From Desulfamplus sp. (GTDB taxonomy: Bacteria > Desulfobacterota > Desulfobacteria > Desulfobacterales > Desulfobacteraceae), in NCBI GenBank assembly GCA_015231615.1, contig JADGBE010000014.1, positions 3,196 to 67,195 on the forward strand: 64,000 bases of DNA, read 5' to 3'. The notes under the pieces were generated by a model. It was not told the origin of the DNA, searched no databases, and was given only the letters and a program-made list of their open reading frames with translations. The position numbers were made by a program, and so were the translations under genes. Positions 48,583 to 59,449 of this stretch are shown here, in pieces. Numbering within the stretch: the stretch's first letter is position 1; every line of letters starts with the position of its first letter.

Positions 48583-50176
48583 TAATTTCCCCCACATACT
48601 TTGCGTAAACCCTTGGATACATGATTTTGCAGCCTTTGATTTTTGGGCAAAACCTTTAGGATTGTTGCAGCTTGCCTCAATTATAAGAAAAGGTGGGGCA
48701 AAAGTCTCTTTTTTAGATTGTCTTAACAGGTTTCACCCCAAAGCAATTGAAGAGAATAATCAGACCAATAAAGGAAATGGGGTTAAAATATTAAGAGATG
48801 GGAGAGGTCCTTTTAGGAAAAAGGCAATACCATTGCCAGAAGGGGTTAGAATTTCAAAAAAAGAGTTCTCATCAACCAAAAGTTTATCTTCAGACAAAAT
48901 CATGTTTGCAGGTAAATCATTCTCACGTTATGGCATTGAGCCTGACTGGCTTAAGCAGGATTTGAAAAGAGTTCAAAAAGAGAAAAAACCAGACTTGATT
49001 TTAGTTACATCTATTATGACCTATTGGGCATCAGGTGTTCAAGAGACAATTTCAATTATAAAGGAGATATTTCCAGATGTTCCAGTCGTTCTTGGCGGGA
49101 TTTACGCAACTCTTTGCACTGAACATGCCCTTAAACACTCTATGGCAGATGAGGTTATAACAGGGGCGGGTGAAGAGCAGATTTATGATATTATTAAGAG
49201 ATATACGGGTTTTTCACTCAAGGTTCATTCTAAATCAGCCGTTCATTTCGCCCCCACCCGCCCACTCCCCAATGAAGAGGGGTATAATTACTCCTTCCCC
49301 TTGGAAAGAGACGAAGATGGGCAAAAGAATCTTGATCTACTGCCTTACCCCGCCCTTGATCTTATATCAAATTTAACTTACGCCCCGATTTTAACCTCCA
49401 GAGGCTGTCCATTTTCATGCACCTACTGTGCATCATCTTTTCTTGAACCAACAATGAGGCGAAGATCACCAGAATCTGTTTTTGAAGAGATTTGCCATTG
49501 GCATGAAAATTATGGTGTCCATAATTTTGCTTTTTATGATGATGCCTTGCTCATAAATCCTGAAAAATATATCCTGCCTTTGCTGGAAAGAGTTCTTGTA
49601 TATTCTCAATCAAAATACTCTTCAGCAAATATGTTTTCATATTCCAGCAAATCTTCACTCTCCTACCTATCTTCGTTGTCTGGTCAATCTTCTCCTCCCC
49701 TATCCTTTCACACTCCAAACGCCTTGCACATTCGGCAGATTAACAAAGATACTGCTGATTTGATGTTTAAAACAGGCTTTAAAACTGTCCGTCTTGGTCT
49801 TGAGACAACCAATTTTTCAAATTCCCGAAAAGAAGATATTAAAGTCAAACAAGATGAGTTTTACAATGCAGTATCAATGCTGAAACAGGCGGGCTTTCAA
49901 AAAGATCAGATTGGAGCATATCTTTTGTGTGGTCTTCCAAATCAAAACCTTGATGATGTTGAACGCTCTATTATGATTGTTAAACAAACTGGTATTATTC
50001 CAGTTCTTGCTTACTACACCCCAATACCTCACACCAAGATGTGGGAGGAGGCTATTAGCTATTCACGATTTGATTTAGAGAATGAGCCTTTTTTTACTAA
50101 TAACGCCCTGTTTCCATGTATTAATAATGAGCATGAGATAAAAAAGATTTCTGAATTGAAAAAAATGACAAAGTAA
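48575..50176 (+). CDS. B12-binding-domain radical SAM protein
   Basis: PLGL, LGGIYAT, TSRGCPFSCTYC and FYDDA motifs. Confidence 0.9.
   Translation: MIDNFPHILCVNPWIHDFAAFDFWAKPLGLLQLASIIRKGGAKVSFLDCLNRFHPKAIEENNQTNKGNGVKILRDGRGPFRKKAIPLPEGVRISKKEFSSTKSLSSDKIMFAGKSFSRYGIEPDWLKQDLKRVQKEKKPDLILVTSIMTYWASGVQETISIIKEIFPDVPVVLGGIYATLCTEHALKHSMADEVITGAGEEQIYDIIKRYTGFSLKVHSKSAVHFAPTRPLPNEEGYNYSFPLERDEDGQKNLDLLPYPALDLISNLTYAPILTSRGCPFSCTYCASSFLEPTMRRRSPESVFEEICHWHENYGVHNFAFYDDALLINPEKYILPLLERVLVYSQSKYSSANMFSYSSKSSLSYLSSLSGQSSPPLSFHTPNALHIRQINKDTADLMFKTGFKTVRLGLETTNFSNSRKEDIKVKQDEFYNAVSMLKQAGFQKDQIGAYLLCGLPNQNLDDVERSIMIVKQTGIIPVLAYYTPIPHTKMWEEAISYSRFDLENEPFFTNNALFPCINNEHEIKKISELKKMTK
49231..49329 (+). 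repeat. Family A repeat inserted in frame in the radical SAM gene
   Basis: cgcccccacccgcccactccccaatgaagaggggtataattactccttccccttgg..gggcaaaa aligns with both intergenic copies. Confidence 0.82.
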
Positions 50177-50267
50177 AATATAGTCCCCACGTTTTGTTAG
50201 AATTGCGTTAGTTTTTTGTTAGTTTTTTATTAGACTGCTTGTTTTATTGTTTTAGGGGCTTGTTCTG

Positions 50268-50295
50268 GTAGGGAACAACGATCGTTATTCCCTAC
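50268..50295. repeat. 28-bp GTAG...CTAC REP-like palindrome
   Basis: gtagggaacaacgatcgttattccctac. Confidence 0.85.
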
Positions 50296-50361
50296 CTATT
50301 ACTATTAATATTTTTTTCATAAAAAAGAGAATTTTGTTTTTCTTTTTCAAGGGGGCTAACA

Positions 50362-52038
50362 TTGAATTTGGTTGAAATCCTTATTCAGACCGTAGGAGGT
50401 TTGGGGCTTTTTATACTTGGCATGAAGATGATGACAGAAGGTCTTGAGATGACTGCTGGAAACAGAATAAAAAGAATTTTGGGAGCTATTTCATCAAATC
50501 GTGTAATTGGATGTCTAACTGGTGCTGGTGTTACTGCTGTTATACAATCCTCTTCTGCAACTACAGTTATGTTAATTGGTTTTGTAGGGGCGGGTATGAT
50601 GACATTTGAACAAGCAATTGGTGTTATTCTTGGAGCAAATGTTGGAACAACTATGACCGCCCAGCTAATAGCATTTAAACTCTCAAGTGCCGCTTTACCA
50701 GCTATTGCAATTGGAGTACCTCTTAAATTTTTTTCAAAGCAGCGGAACTACCGTTATATTGGTGAGATTATTTTAGGATTTGGTTTACTCTTTTACGGAA
50801 TGACGGTAATGAGCGATGGTCTTGCCCCAATTCGTTCTAATCCTGAATTTGTAGGTTTCTTTACAAAATTTAATACAGACACCCGTTTCGGAGTTCTGAT
50901 GTGCGTTTTTGTTGGAACAGTGCTTACTATAATAGTTCAATCATCTTCTGCAACAGTTGGCGTAACTATGGCACTTGCTACCCAAGGTTTAATAAGTTTT
51001 GAGACCTCTATGGCTCTTGTACTTGGTGAAAATATAGGCACAACCATAACCGCAGAGCTTGCAACAATTGGCTCTGCAAGTCTAAGTGCCCATAGAACAG
51101 CCCGTGCCCATACTCTTTTTAATGTTATAGGAGTATGTATGATAGTAACTATTTTTCCGATATTTATAACCATTGTGAAATTCGCCACCATTAAAATGGG
51201 GGCTGGAGACGTAGCTATGGCAACTGATGGTCAATATCTTAATGTTGGCAGATATATTGCCAATGGACACACTCTTTTTAATGTAATTAACGCCTCATTT
51301 TTTCTTTTGTTTCTCCCAATTCTTACTAAAACTGCCATCATGCTTTCACCTAAAGAGGGCAAGAAAGAGCGGTATAAACTTCCAATATTTGACACAAGAT
51401 TTATCGACTCTCCAATTGGTGCCCTTGCTAAAGTTCAGGGAGAAGTTGTTAAAATGGCTGAGTTCACAAAAGACCGTCTGCATAACCTTTCACAATGTAT
51501 CAAAGTTAGAGACGATGATAAATTAGGAGAAAGAGAAGCTGTAGAAGAGCATATTGATAAGATGCAGCTTGTAATTACGCAATATTTGACAACAGTTTAT
51601 CAAGGCGGTGTAAATGAATTTGAAGCCAATGAAATCTCTGAAATGATGCGTATTACAAATAACCTTGAGAGAATCGGCGATTCTATGGAAAATGCCTCAA
51701 AATCAATTGAGAGAATGTATAACAATAATATTAAGTTAAGCGAAGGTGCTCTTAATGATCTTGAATCTATCGCAAAAGAGGTTGATGTATTTTTTGATAT
51801 GGTCGTAAACGCAATGAAGGATAAGCAAGGGCATGAGGATTTTTTCAAAAAAGCTGAAATTCAAGAGAATCTGATTGACTCCATGAGAGAGCGTATGCGT
51901 AATGAACACATAGAGAGGCTAAGACAAAGCAGTTGTTCAGTTGATGCTGGACTGCTATATATATCTCTTCTATCAAATTATGAGAAGATGGGAGATTATT
52001 GTTTTAATATTGCAATTGGTGTGGACAGGATAAAATAA
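50362..52038 (+). CDS. Na+/Pi cotransporter family protein with PhoU-like C-terminus
   Basis: QSSSAT and G(A/E)N(V/I)GTT twice; LERIGD. Confidence 0.93.
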   Translation: MNLVEILIQTVGGLGLFILGMKMMTEGLEMTAGNRIKRILGAISSNRVIGCLTGAGVTAVIQSSSATTVMLIGFVGAGMMTFEQAIGVILGANVGTTMTAQLIAFKLSSAALPAIAIGVPLKFFSKQRNYRYIGEIILGFGLLFYGMTVMSDGLAPIRSNPEFVGFFTKFNTDTRFGVLMCVFVGTVLTIIVQSSSATVGVTMALATQGLISFETSMALVLGENIGTTITAELATIGSASLSAHRTARAHTLFNVIGVCMIVTIFPIFITIVKFATIKMGAGDVAMATDGQYLNVGRYIANGHTLFNVINASFFLLFLPILTKTAIMLSPKEGKKERYKLPIFDTRFIDSPIGALAKVQGEVVKMAEFTKDRLHNLSQCIKVRDDDKLGEREAVEEHIDKMQLVITQYLTTVYQGGVNEFEANEISEMMRITNNLERIGDSMENASKSIERMYNNNIKLSEGALNDLESIAKEVDVFFDMVVNAMKDKQGHEDFFKKAEIQENLIDSMRERMRNEHIERLRQSSCSVDAGLLYISLLSNYEKMGDYCFNIAIGVDRIK

Positions 52039-52052
52039 GGGAGAGCTTCTCA

Positions 52053-54005
52053 ATGCAACAAGCTATTCAGAACACTTTAAGGAGTTGCGTTTCTGCTGAT
52101 GGACAATTTATTGTCGGTATTCACAGACCAGCCTTTAATGTCGAACTTTTAAGAAAAAATAGTTATGTTGAATCTCTTGGAAAATTGCCAGATGGAACGG
52201 TGGTTAAAAATGAGGTGAACTTTCCTTGTGATAAGGTTGAAGAGCCAGAGGCTGATGTTATCTATGAAATTCCAAATGCTTTTCCTTTTAGAGGAACAAC
52301 CTATATTAATTCAGCATGGGCAGATAAAAATGTTGGTAAACCTGAAAAGATAGATATTCCAAAGCCTTCCGATTGTTCACTTAGCCAAACGCTAAAGAAT
52401 CTATTTCAAAAGAAACTTAATGAGGAAAATAATGAGCAACAAAATAAGAAGGGTAAGGAAGAGCAGAAGAAGGAGCATCAAGAAAAAGTAACTCATACTT
52501 CTTTTATGAGAGACTTTTTTACTAACCTACCCTACCCTATTAAGATTGCCCTTGCCCAAAGCTCAACAGACCCTGATGATCTACTTGCTATTATTCCTCT
52601 TTGTTGCACAATTATCTTTGATAAAAATGGAGTTCCTTCTGGTCTTATGTTTAAAAAAGGTATAAATGGAGATGTAATACCAGATATACATGATCATACG
52701 CTCTTTGAAATTATTGTGAACAACCCTTATCTACCAGATACCTATAAGCGGGTTATGGTCTTAAAACCCGGAATTCAAGGAAAGAGTGAGATAACAGGAG
52801 AGTGGCTTGAATATAACGAATTAGATAGCTCTTTAAAAAACATAACCGCAAACTCAAACGAAGATATAATCAATAACCAGAATAAGAATAAAAGCCATGT
52901 ATTTGAATATTTAAGGCGAAACAGCTACATTCCGTGGGGACACTTTGCAGCAAATACAGCAGATGACACGGTGCGATATAGCGTAAACTCTTTGACAATG
53001 GCTGATATGGCTGGTATGCGTCATCTTTACTATCAACGCACATATTTGCGTTTAGCAGAGCAATTAAATATCTCATTTTCTTCAGATTGTAGAACAATAC
53101 CACCAGATAACCTTGAACAGTTAAGATTAGAAATTATCAAAACTCTTCAAAATATTGATCATAAATCTCTTGAAAAAAATGATGAGCATAAAATTTTTGA
53201 AACAAATAGCCAAAAAAACTTTGAAAACAATAATCAGCCAAAATTATCTTTTAACGGCTCTTTGTGGGGTTGGAATTTTGGGTTTGGTTATGCTCAATCT
53301 GGTTACAGACTTCATGCCTCACATCAGCAGATTCATCAACAATATGCAATGATTCCAAAAGAGATTAAAAGTTCTATCGCAACAAATAATGACGCTATAA
53401 AAGAGAGAGAGAGTCAAGTCATTAATCAAGCAAAACATAAACCTTTCTTATCTTTTGCTTGTGGTGATATGATTGCTGATTTTATTGAATCCTACAAAAA
53501 TATAACTGGCAAACCTTTTTTTGATAGTTATATCAAGGCTATAAGGACAAATAAAAGAATAGATATAAAAGAAGATAACATTCACCAAAATACGATGAAT
53601 TTACCTTCAAGCCTTATTGTTTATGAAGATGATAATATAATGTTGTTTGTTCCAAAAGCTCAAACATCTCAATGGGAGCTTCAACTTATGGCTATTAAAG
53701 AGTGTGGAAATATTCTTGAGGCAAATACAACGATGAGAGCTTCATTAGATAAGGCAATCCTTACAGCTTTAAAGATTCTCGAAAACATGGGTGCAAGCAT
53801 GGTAACATCAATTGAGTTTTCAAAAAGATTTGACTCTAATGACAAAGATCAGCGACTTTTATACTCTTTTATGCCTAAAATGCCAGATTCACCTGGTGCG
53901 TTTAGCGAAGCACAGCTAAGATGGATTAATGGGCATTATCCTGAAGATTTTGCATATTCATGCAGGATACATTACGAAAAATTTATTAAAAGCTATAAAG
54001 CATAA
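52053..54005 (+). CDS. Hypothetical protein with a divergent GalT/HIT-like C-terminal half
   Basis: ASHQQIHQQ, IVYEDDNIMLFVP..Q..WE and WINGHYPEDFA parallel the GalT motifs. Confidence 0.55.
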   Translation: MQQAIQNTLRSCVSADGQFIVGIHRPAFNVELLRKNSYVESLGKLPDGTVVKNEVNFPCDKVEEPEADVIYEIPNAFPFRGTTYINSAWADKNVGKPEKIDIPKPSDCSLSQTLKNLFQKKLNEENNEQQNKKGKEEQKKEHQEKVTHTSFMRDFFTNLPYPIKIALAQSSTDPDDLLAIIPLCCTIIFDKNGVPSGLMFKKGINGDVIPDIHDHTLFEIIVNNPYLPDTYKRVMVLKPGIQGKSEITGEWLEYNELDSSLKNITANSNEDIINNQNKNKSHVFEYLRRNSYIPWGHFAANTADDTVRYSVNSLTMADMAGMRHLYYQRTYLRLAEQLNISFSSDCRTIPPDNLEQLRLEIIKTLQNIDHKSLEKNDEHKIFETNSQKNFENNNQPKLSFNGSLWGWNFGFGYAQSGYRLHASHQQIHQQYAMIPKEIKSSIATNNDAIKERESQVINQAKHKPFLSFACGDMIADFIESYKNITGKPFFDSYIKAIRTNKRIDIKEDNIHQNTMNLPSSLIVYEDDNIMLFVPKAQTSQWELQLMAIKECGNILEANTTMRASLDKAILTALKILENMGASMVTSIEFSKRFDSNDKDQRLLYSFMPKMPDSPGAFSEAQLRWINGHYPEDFAYSCRIHYEKFIKSYKA

Positions 54006-54038
54006 TTAAATTTTGATTAACCGTTCAAATATTCCATC

Positions 54039-54067
54039 TTGACACCATGATAGTGGTTTTTTATAGT
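54039..54067 (+). promoter_or_regulatory. Sigma70 promoter of minCDE
   Basis: TTGACA-17 bp-TATAGT. Confidence 0.7.
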
Positions 54068-54109
54068 AAAAAACAAAATTTATTATTGCATTATTAAAAG
54101 ATAGAGACA

Positions 54110-54892
54110 ATGTGGTTAAAAAATAACAAGATGAATAAGCACAATGAAATGGAATTAAGTATCGTGCAAAACGAAGCTGTAGCCCCATCAATACCATCAG
54201 TTAAACTAAAGGGGGTCGGAGATGGATTTTTAGTTACAATCAATCCTGCCATTCCTGAAGAGGAAATATATAAAGAGCTATCTGATCTATTTGGACGTCT
54301 CAAACATCTTACTGTAAATGCAAAAGTTGTTATTGATATTGGAAATATTGAGGGATATGATGCTTTGGTAAACAACATTAAACTATTACTAAAAAGTAAG
54401 TTTGATGTTGGAAGCATTACAAGATTAAATCAAAAAAGCTCTTCAAACAGCGTTAGTGGATTTGACGGACAACATAATATTGAAAACAATATCCGTGCAA
54501 ACAATAACAAAGGCTGGATTAACGAGAGAAGCGATGCACTTATACTCACAGGAAGAGTCCGTTCTGGTCAAAAAATAGATACAAAAGGACACCTCGTAAT
54601 TGCTGGCAATGTCAATCCGGGTGCAGAACTGACTGCTGGTGGTAATATTATTGTTCTTGGTTCTCTTTTAGCACCAGTTTATGCGGGTTACCCTGATGAT
54701 GATGAGGCTTTTGTCATGGCTCTTGATTTTCGTCCACCAAATATTCAAATAGGTGGAGTGGTATCTATGGAGATAAATAGTGAGCTTTCAGGCAAAATAG
54801 TGTATGCAACTGTAAAAGATAATAAAATTATTACTGAAGATTATATTAAAACTCAGCCATTTGGAAAAATTCCGTGGCCAACTATCATGTAA
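54110..54892 (+). CDS. minC: Septum site-determining protein MinC
   Basis: VRSGQ, GNVNPGAEL and GNIIVLGSL motifs. Confidence 0.9.
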   Translation: MWLKNNKMNKHNEMELSIVQNEAVAPSIPSVKLKGVGDGFLVTINPAIPEEEIYKELSDLFGRLKHLTVNAKVVIDIGNIEGYDALVNNIKLLLKSKFDVGSITRLNQKSSSNSVSGFDGQHNIENNIRANNNKGWINERSDALILTGRVRSGQKIDTKGHLVIAGNVNPGAELTAGGNIIVLGSLLAPVYAGYPDDDEAFVMALDFRPPNIQIGGVVSMEINSELSGKIVYATVKDNKIITEDYIKTQPFGKIPWPTIM

Positions 54893-54991
54893 TTATTTCA
54901 AATTGATTTATTATTTATTCCAAATTTTACTAATAAAATGATATTTATAATACCTAATAAAATAATATTGATAATGTAAATGAGGTGTTAA

Positions 54992-55792
54992 TTGGAAGGC
55001 AAAATAATTGTAGTAACATCAGGTAAAGGAGGGGTGGGTAAGACAACTGCTACCGCATCTATTGGTGCTGCCCTTGCCCTTGAAGGAAATAGGGTTGCTG
55101 TAATTGACATGGATATTGGTCTTAGAAACCTTGATATTGTTTTAGGACTTGAAAATAGAATAGTATTTAATATTGTTGATGTGGTTAATAAAAGGTGTAA
55201 CCTATCTCAAGCATTGATAAGAGACAGAAGAATTGAGAATCTATTTTTGGTTCCAGCATCTCAAAGTGATAACAAAGATGTTCTAACCACACTTGGAGTT
55301 CAGAGGCTTGCAAAGCAGCTAAAGAGCGAGTTCAATTATGTTATCATGGATTCACCTGCTGGCATTGAAAAAGGTTTTGAAAATTCAGTTGTAGCTGCAG
55401 ATGAGGCTATTGTGGTATGTACTCCTGATGTCTCCTCTATCAAAGATGCTGACAGAGTTATTGGTCTTTTGTATGCACGCTCAATAACCCCAAGACTTAT
55501 TGTGAACAGAATCATACCTGAAATGGTGGTAAGGGGCGATATGTTGAGCCACGAAGATGTTATGGATATTCTCTCTATTGATCTTCTTGGGCTTGTTCCA
55601 ATGGATGATCAGGTTGTTATCTCTACAAATACTGGTGTACCTTTAGTTATGCAAAATCAATCTCTTGCTGGTCAGGCATTTAGAAGAATTGCAAAGAGAA
55701 TTAATGGAGAGACAGACCTCCCCATACAAGTTCCTACTATGAAAACTGGAATTTGGAGCAAAATTACACAAAAATTAGGTTTGACTAAATGA
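54992..55792 (+). CDS. minD: Septum site-determining ATPase MinD
   Basis: SGKGGVGKTT, DIGLRNLD and DSPAGIE motifs. Confidence 0.96.
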   Translation: MEGKIIVVTSGKGGVGKTTATASIGAALALEGNRVAVIDMDIGLRNLDIVLGLENRIVFNIVDVVNKRCNLSQALIRDRRIENLFLVPASQSDNKDVLTTLGVQRLAKQLKSEFNYVIMDSPAGIEKGFENSVVAADEAIVVCTPDVSSIKDADRVIGLLYARSITPRLIVNRIIPEMVVRGDMLSHEDVMDILSIDLLGLVPMDDQVVISTNTGVPLVMQNQSLAGQAFRRIAKRINGETDLPIQVPTMKTGIWSKITQKLGLTK

Positions 55793-56094
55793 GGATGGAT
55801 TCCATGCTTAACGGATTTATGAAAAAATTTTCAGGAAAAAAATCCAGTAAGGAGACTGCCAAAAAAAGGTTACAGTTTGCCCTTGTTTACGATAAGCTGG
55901 AAATCAATGAGATGACACTTGAGAGTCTTCAGAAGGATATTATAGAGGTAATTTCAAAATATTTTGAAATTGATACTAAATCTTTGCAGCTTGAAGTTCA
56001 GCGTGAGCGTGACCATGAACTTTCTGCCCTTGTCTTTAATACTCCAATATTGTGTGTAAAAAAAAACAAAGCTTATAATGCTCAAAAGATATAA
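55789..56094 (+). CDS. minE: Cell division topological specificity factor MinE
   Basis: SKETAKKRLQ and DIIEVISKY motifs. Confidence 0.93.
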   Translation: MRMDSMLNGFMKKFSGKKSSKETAKKRLQFALVYDKLEINEMTLESLQKDIIEVISKYFEIDTKSLQLEVQRERDHELSALVFNTPILCVKKNKAYNAQKI

Positions 56095-56147
56095 TTAAAT
56101 ATTTTCACGAACTGTTAGAACATTATTGATAGTTGCCAAAACAACAT

Positions 56148-57026
56148 TTAATCGGGAGTTAAATTTAATTTTTCAATTACCTTAAAGAGACGATTACCTA
56201 TTTCAATTCCAATATTGATAAAATTGGGACCATACAATTTGCCAGTTTCTGTTCTAAAAGTACTTTTGATCTGCTCTAAAGCATTCATACCAATAGGATA
56301 ACGTTTTATAAATTCATAGATAGGTGCTTTTGAGAACATTACCATATCCCAAACAGTATGGGTAAAATTATCAGGTCCCCATCTAAATTTATCAGCATCA
56401 TAAAGAGCATTAGATATGAGAGATTTATTTTGGTTCTTATCTGACAAGATATTACCATTGCCCATTATCTTCTCTTGATCTTCTTGCTTTTTTTGAAATG
56501 CTTCATGTTCGTTTATTGCACAACAAACTATCTCAATATCCTCTTCTGTAAGAGGATATTTTCCATCTGATAAAAATATTTTTGCAAATTTTGCACCTTC
56601 TGCTGAGTGGTGTTTTTCCTTCCTTTTAATATCATGCAGTAACCCAGCTACCTGAACCAGTAAGATTTGTTCAATTTTGCTGGTTTCTATTTTTATATTG
56701 CTTTTGATTACAATATCACTATTTTCATTCTCTTTTATTTGAGAGGATTGAGATGACAATTTACTACTTTCTTGATTCTGTATCTCAATCTGCACTATTG
56801 CCCCAGCATCTATACACACCAAATCAGAATGACGCATACCATGACCAAAATCATCTTCAATTAATGGGGTTATCTCCTCTTTAATTTTAACCAACATAGG
56901 GTGTGAGTTTAGCATCTGACGAGAATAGTCAATCTCTCTTTGAAACTGCTGATAAAATTGAGGAAGAGGTAAAGATGCTACAATATTTCGAGCCTCTTCC
57001 CTTAATTGAAGGTATATTTCATTCAT
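56148..57026 (-). CDS. HD-domain protein
   Basis: HG..H, LLHD and YDADK motifs. Confidence 0.85.
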   Translation of the reverse strand: MNEIYLQLREEARNIVASLPLPQFYQQFQREIDYSRQMLNSHPMLVKIKEEITPLIEDDFGHGMRHSDLVCIDAGAIVQIEIQNQESSKLSSQSSQIKENENSDIVIKSNIKIETSKIEQILLVQVAGLLHDIKRKEKHHSAEGAKFAKIFLSDGKYPLTEEDIEIVCCAINEHEAFQKKQEDQEKIMGNGNILSDKNQNKSLISNALYDADKFRWGPDNFTHTVWDMVMFSKAPIYEFIKRYPIGMNALEQIKSTFRTETGKLYGPNFINIGIEIGNRLFKVIEKLNLTPD

Positions 57027-57076
57027 GTTTGACTTTAATTATTTGTTCATCTTAAATTATACTCAAAACAGGAGTA

Positions 57077-57104
57077 GTAGGGTTTAACCATGGTTAAACC
57101 CTAC
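57077..57104. repeat. Perfect 28-bp GTAG...CTAC REP-like palindrome
   Basis: gtagggtttaaccatggttaaaccctac. Confidence 0.88.
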
Positions 57105-57145
57105 TTACCCCCTACAACTAAAAAAATAAAACTCTAAAATAAAAT

Positions 57146-58957
57146 TTATCCATCACCTTCAAGTTTTGACACTTTAATTGATAACTCCTGCAACTGTGCC
57201 ATTGTTGGAACTGATGGGGCATCAGTAAGAAGACAGGTTGCTTTTTGGGTCTTTGGAAATGCAATAACATCACGAATTGAATCTTCTTGACATAAAAGCA
57301 TAACAAGCCTGTCAAATCCAAATGCAAGCCCACCATGCGGAGGTGTTCCAGAAGCAAGAGCATTTAGTAAAAATCCAAATTTTTCTTGTGCCTCTTCTTT
57401 TCCGATACCAAGCAAATTAAACACACGCTCCTGAAGCTCTGTGGAGTGGATACGGATACTTCCACCGCCAATCTCTGTTCCATTTAGCACCATGTCATAA
57501 GCTCTTGAACGGATATTGGACGGGTCAGATTCAAGTTTATCCATATCCTCTTCAAGAGGTGCTGTAAATGGGTGATGCAAAGCCTGATACCGTTTTTCCG
57601 TCTCATCATACTCAAGCAGAGGAAAATGGGTAACCCAAACAAAACGATAAACATTGCTATCAATCAAATTTAACCTTCTTGCAAGCTCGTTTCTTAGCTG
57701 TCCTAACGCCTCGTTAGTTACTTTAACGCTGTCAGCAACAAAGAAGACTAAATCTCCAACTTCCATGTTAAGACGTTTTTTTAACGCAGATTTCTCCTCT
57801 TCAGTGAAAAACTTTGCAATTGGAGACTGCCATTCATTATCTTTAACTTTAATCCATGCAAGCCCTTTTGCTTTGTAGATTGCTGCAAATGCGGTTAGCT
57901 CATCAATCTCTTTTCGGCTCATACCAGAAGTTCCATCAACTCCGCCACAACCTTTAGCATTTATAGCTTTAACAATACCGCCATTTTTAACAGCAGATGC
58001 AAAGACTTTAAAATTTGCATCTTTAACAATGTCAGAAACATTGTGCAATTCTAAACCAAAACGCATATCTGGACGATCAATACCAAATCTATCCATTGAT
58101 TCTTTATATGTAATACGCTCAAATGGTATTTGAACATCAATGTTACGAACTTTTTTAAAAACCTCTTTAATCAACCCTTCGGTTATCTCCATTATGTCTT
58201 CTTCGCCAACAAATGATAACTCCATATCAATCTGGGTAAATTCTGGCTGGCGGTCTGCCCTTAAATCTTCGTCTCTGAAGCAACGAACAATCTGATAATA
58301 TCTTTCAAAACCCGCTATCATCAAAAGTTGTTTAAATAGCTGTGGAGATTGTGGCAACGCATAAAAGCAACCATGATTGACGCGGCTTGGCACAAGATAA
58401 TCTCTTGCTCCTTCTGGCGTGCTTTTTGTAAGAAATGGGGTCTCAATGTCAAGAAACCCTCTATCATTTAAGTATTCTCTAACAGCCCTTCCAGCAGTAT
58501 GTCTTGCTATAAGATTTTTTTGAAGTTGAGGACGGCGTAAATCTAAATGTCTGTATTGAAGGCGAATTATCTCTGATGCTTCAACTCTATCTTCAATCTG
58601 AAATATTGGAGTCTGTGCATGGCTCAAAATCTTTAGTTCATCTACAAAAACCTCAATCTCTCCTGTGTCCATATTTTTATTAACCATGTCAGATGGGCGG
58701 GCAACAACTTTGCCTTTTACTCCAAGCACAAACTCACTTCTTATAACTTGTGCTTTTTCATGCACTGATTGGGAGATTTCAGGATTAAAGACAATCTGAG
58801 TAAGCCCTGCCCTATCCCTAAAATCAACAAAAATAACTCCGCCGTGATCACGGCGTCTTTGCACCCAACCCATTAAAACAATATCTTTGCCAACATCGCC
58901 TATTCTTAACTCCCCACAGTTGTGGGTTTTTCTCATATTTCCAAGTAAATCTGCCAC
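57146..58957 (-). CDS. aspS: Aspartate-tRNA ligase (GTG start)
   Basis: [26 protein letters not shown] and GGGSIRIH motifs. Confidence 0.97.
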   Translation of the reverse strand: MADLLGNMRKTHNCGELRIGDVGKDIVLMGWVQRRRDHGGVIFVDFRDRAGLTQIVFNPEISQSVHEKAQVIRSEFVLGVKGKVVARPSDMVNKNMDTGEIEVFVDELKILSHAQTPIFQIEDRVEASEIIRLQYRHLDLRRPQLQKNLIARHTAGRAVREYLNDRGFLDIETPFLTKSTPEGARDYLVPSRVNHGCFYALPQSPQLFKQLLMIAGFERYYQIVRCFRDEDLRADRQPEFTQIDMELSFVGEEDIMEITEGLIKEVFKKVRNIDVQIPFERITYKESMDRFGIDRPDMRFGLELHNVSDIVKDANFKVFASAVKNGGIVKAINAKGCGGVDGTSGMSRKEIDELTAFAAIYKAKGLAWIKVKDNEWQSPIAKFFTEEEKSALKKRLNMEVGDLVFFVADSVKVTNEALGQLRNELARRLNLIDSNVYRFVWVTHFPLLEYDETEKRYQALHHPFTAPLEEDMDKLESDPSNIRSRAYDMVLNGTEIGGGSIRIHSTELQERVFNLLGIGKEEAQEKFGFLLNALASGTPPHGGLAFGFDRLVMLLCQEDSIRDVIAFPKTQKATCLLTDAPSVPTMAQLQELSIKVSKLEGDG

Positions 58958-58980
58958 CTAATTTTTCCTCATTTGTTTTA

Positions 58981-59205
58981 TTATATATGTTTTAAAAATT
59001 CTTCGACTGTAAGACCAATATCTTTAATTATTTGCTTTAGTAAAAGAGGTGATATATCTCGTCCCACATGAAAAGGCACCGTTGTTCCTCGACCATCAAC
59101 ATGACGAAATTGTTTATGAGAACCTTTTTGACGGACTTCATAAAAGCCAAGATGATTAAGTATTGCGGTAAGCTCTTTTGGCTTGAGTACAGGAAATGTA
59201 CCCAT
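58981..59205 (-). CDS. hicA: HicA-family toxin
   Basis: LGFYEVRQKGSHKQF..TVPFH. Confidence 0.92.
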   Translation of the reverse strand: MGTFPVLKPKELTAILNHLGFYEVRQKGSHKQFRHVDGRGTTVPFHVGRDISPLLLKQIIKDIGLTVEEFLKHI

Positions 59206-59209
59206 ATCT

Positions 59210-59419
59210 CTAAGCCACCATCAAGTTTTGTGTCCCAATAAATTCAGTCTCAATCTGTGGTTCACCTTCTTCAAGGAGCATTTCAATTACCTCTTTCATA
59301 TTTTTATTGAGTTCATCTAAAGTTTCAGCCTGTGAATGAGCTCCTTTGAATCCTGGTACAAAACCAACATAAAGACCAGTCTCATTGCATCTCTCAATAA
59401 TTGCTGTATATGTTCTCAT
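59210..59419 (-). CDS. hicB: Short HicB-family antitoxin
   Basis: YVGFVPGFKGAHSQAETLDEL..NMKE. Confidence 0.9.
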   Translation of the reverse strand: MRTYTAIIERCNETGLYVGFVPGFKGAHSQAETLDELNKNMKEVIEMLLEEGEPQIETEFIGTQNLMVA

Positions 59420-59449
59420 AGAAATAACTCTCTATCTTTAATTTTAAAA

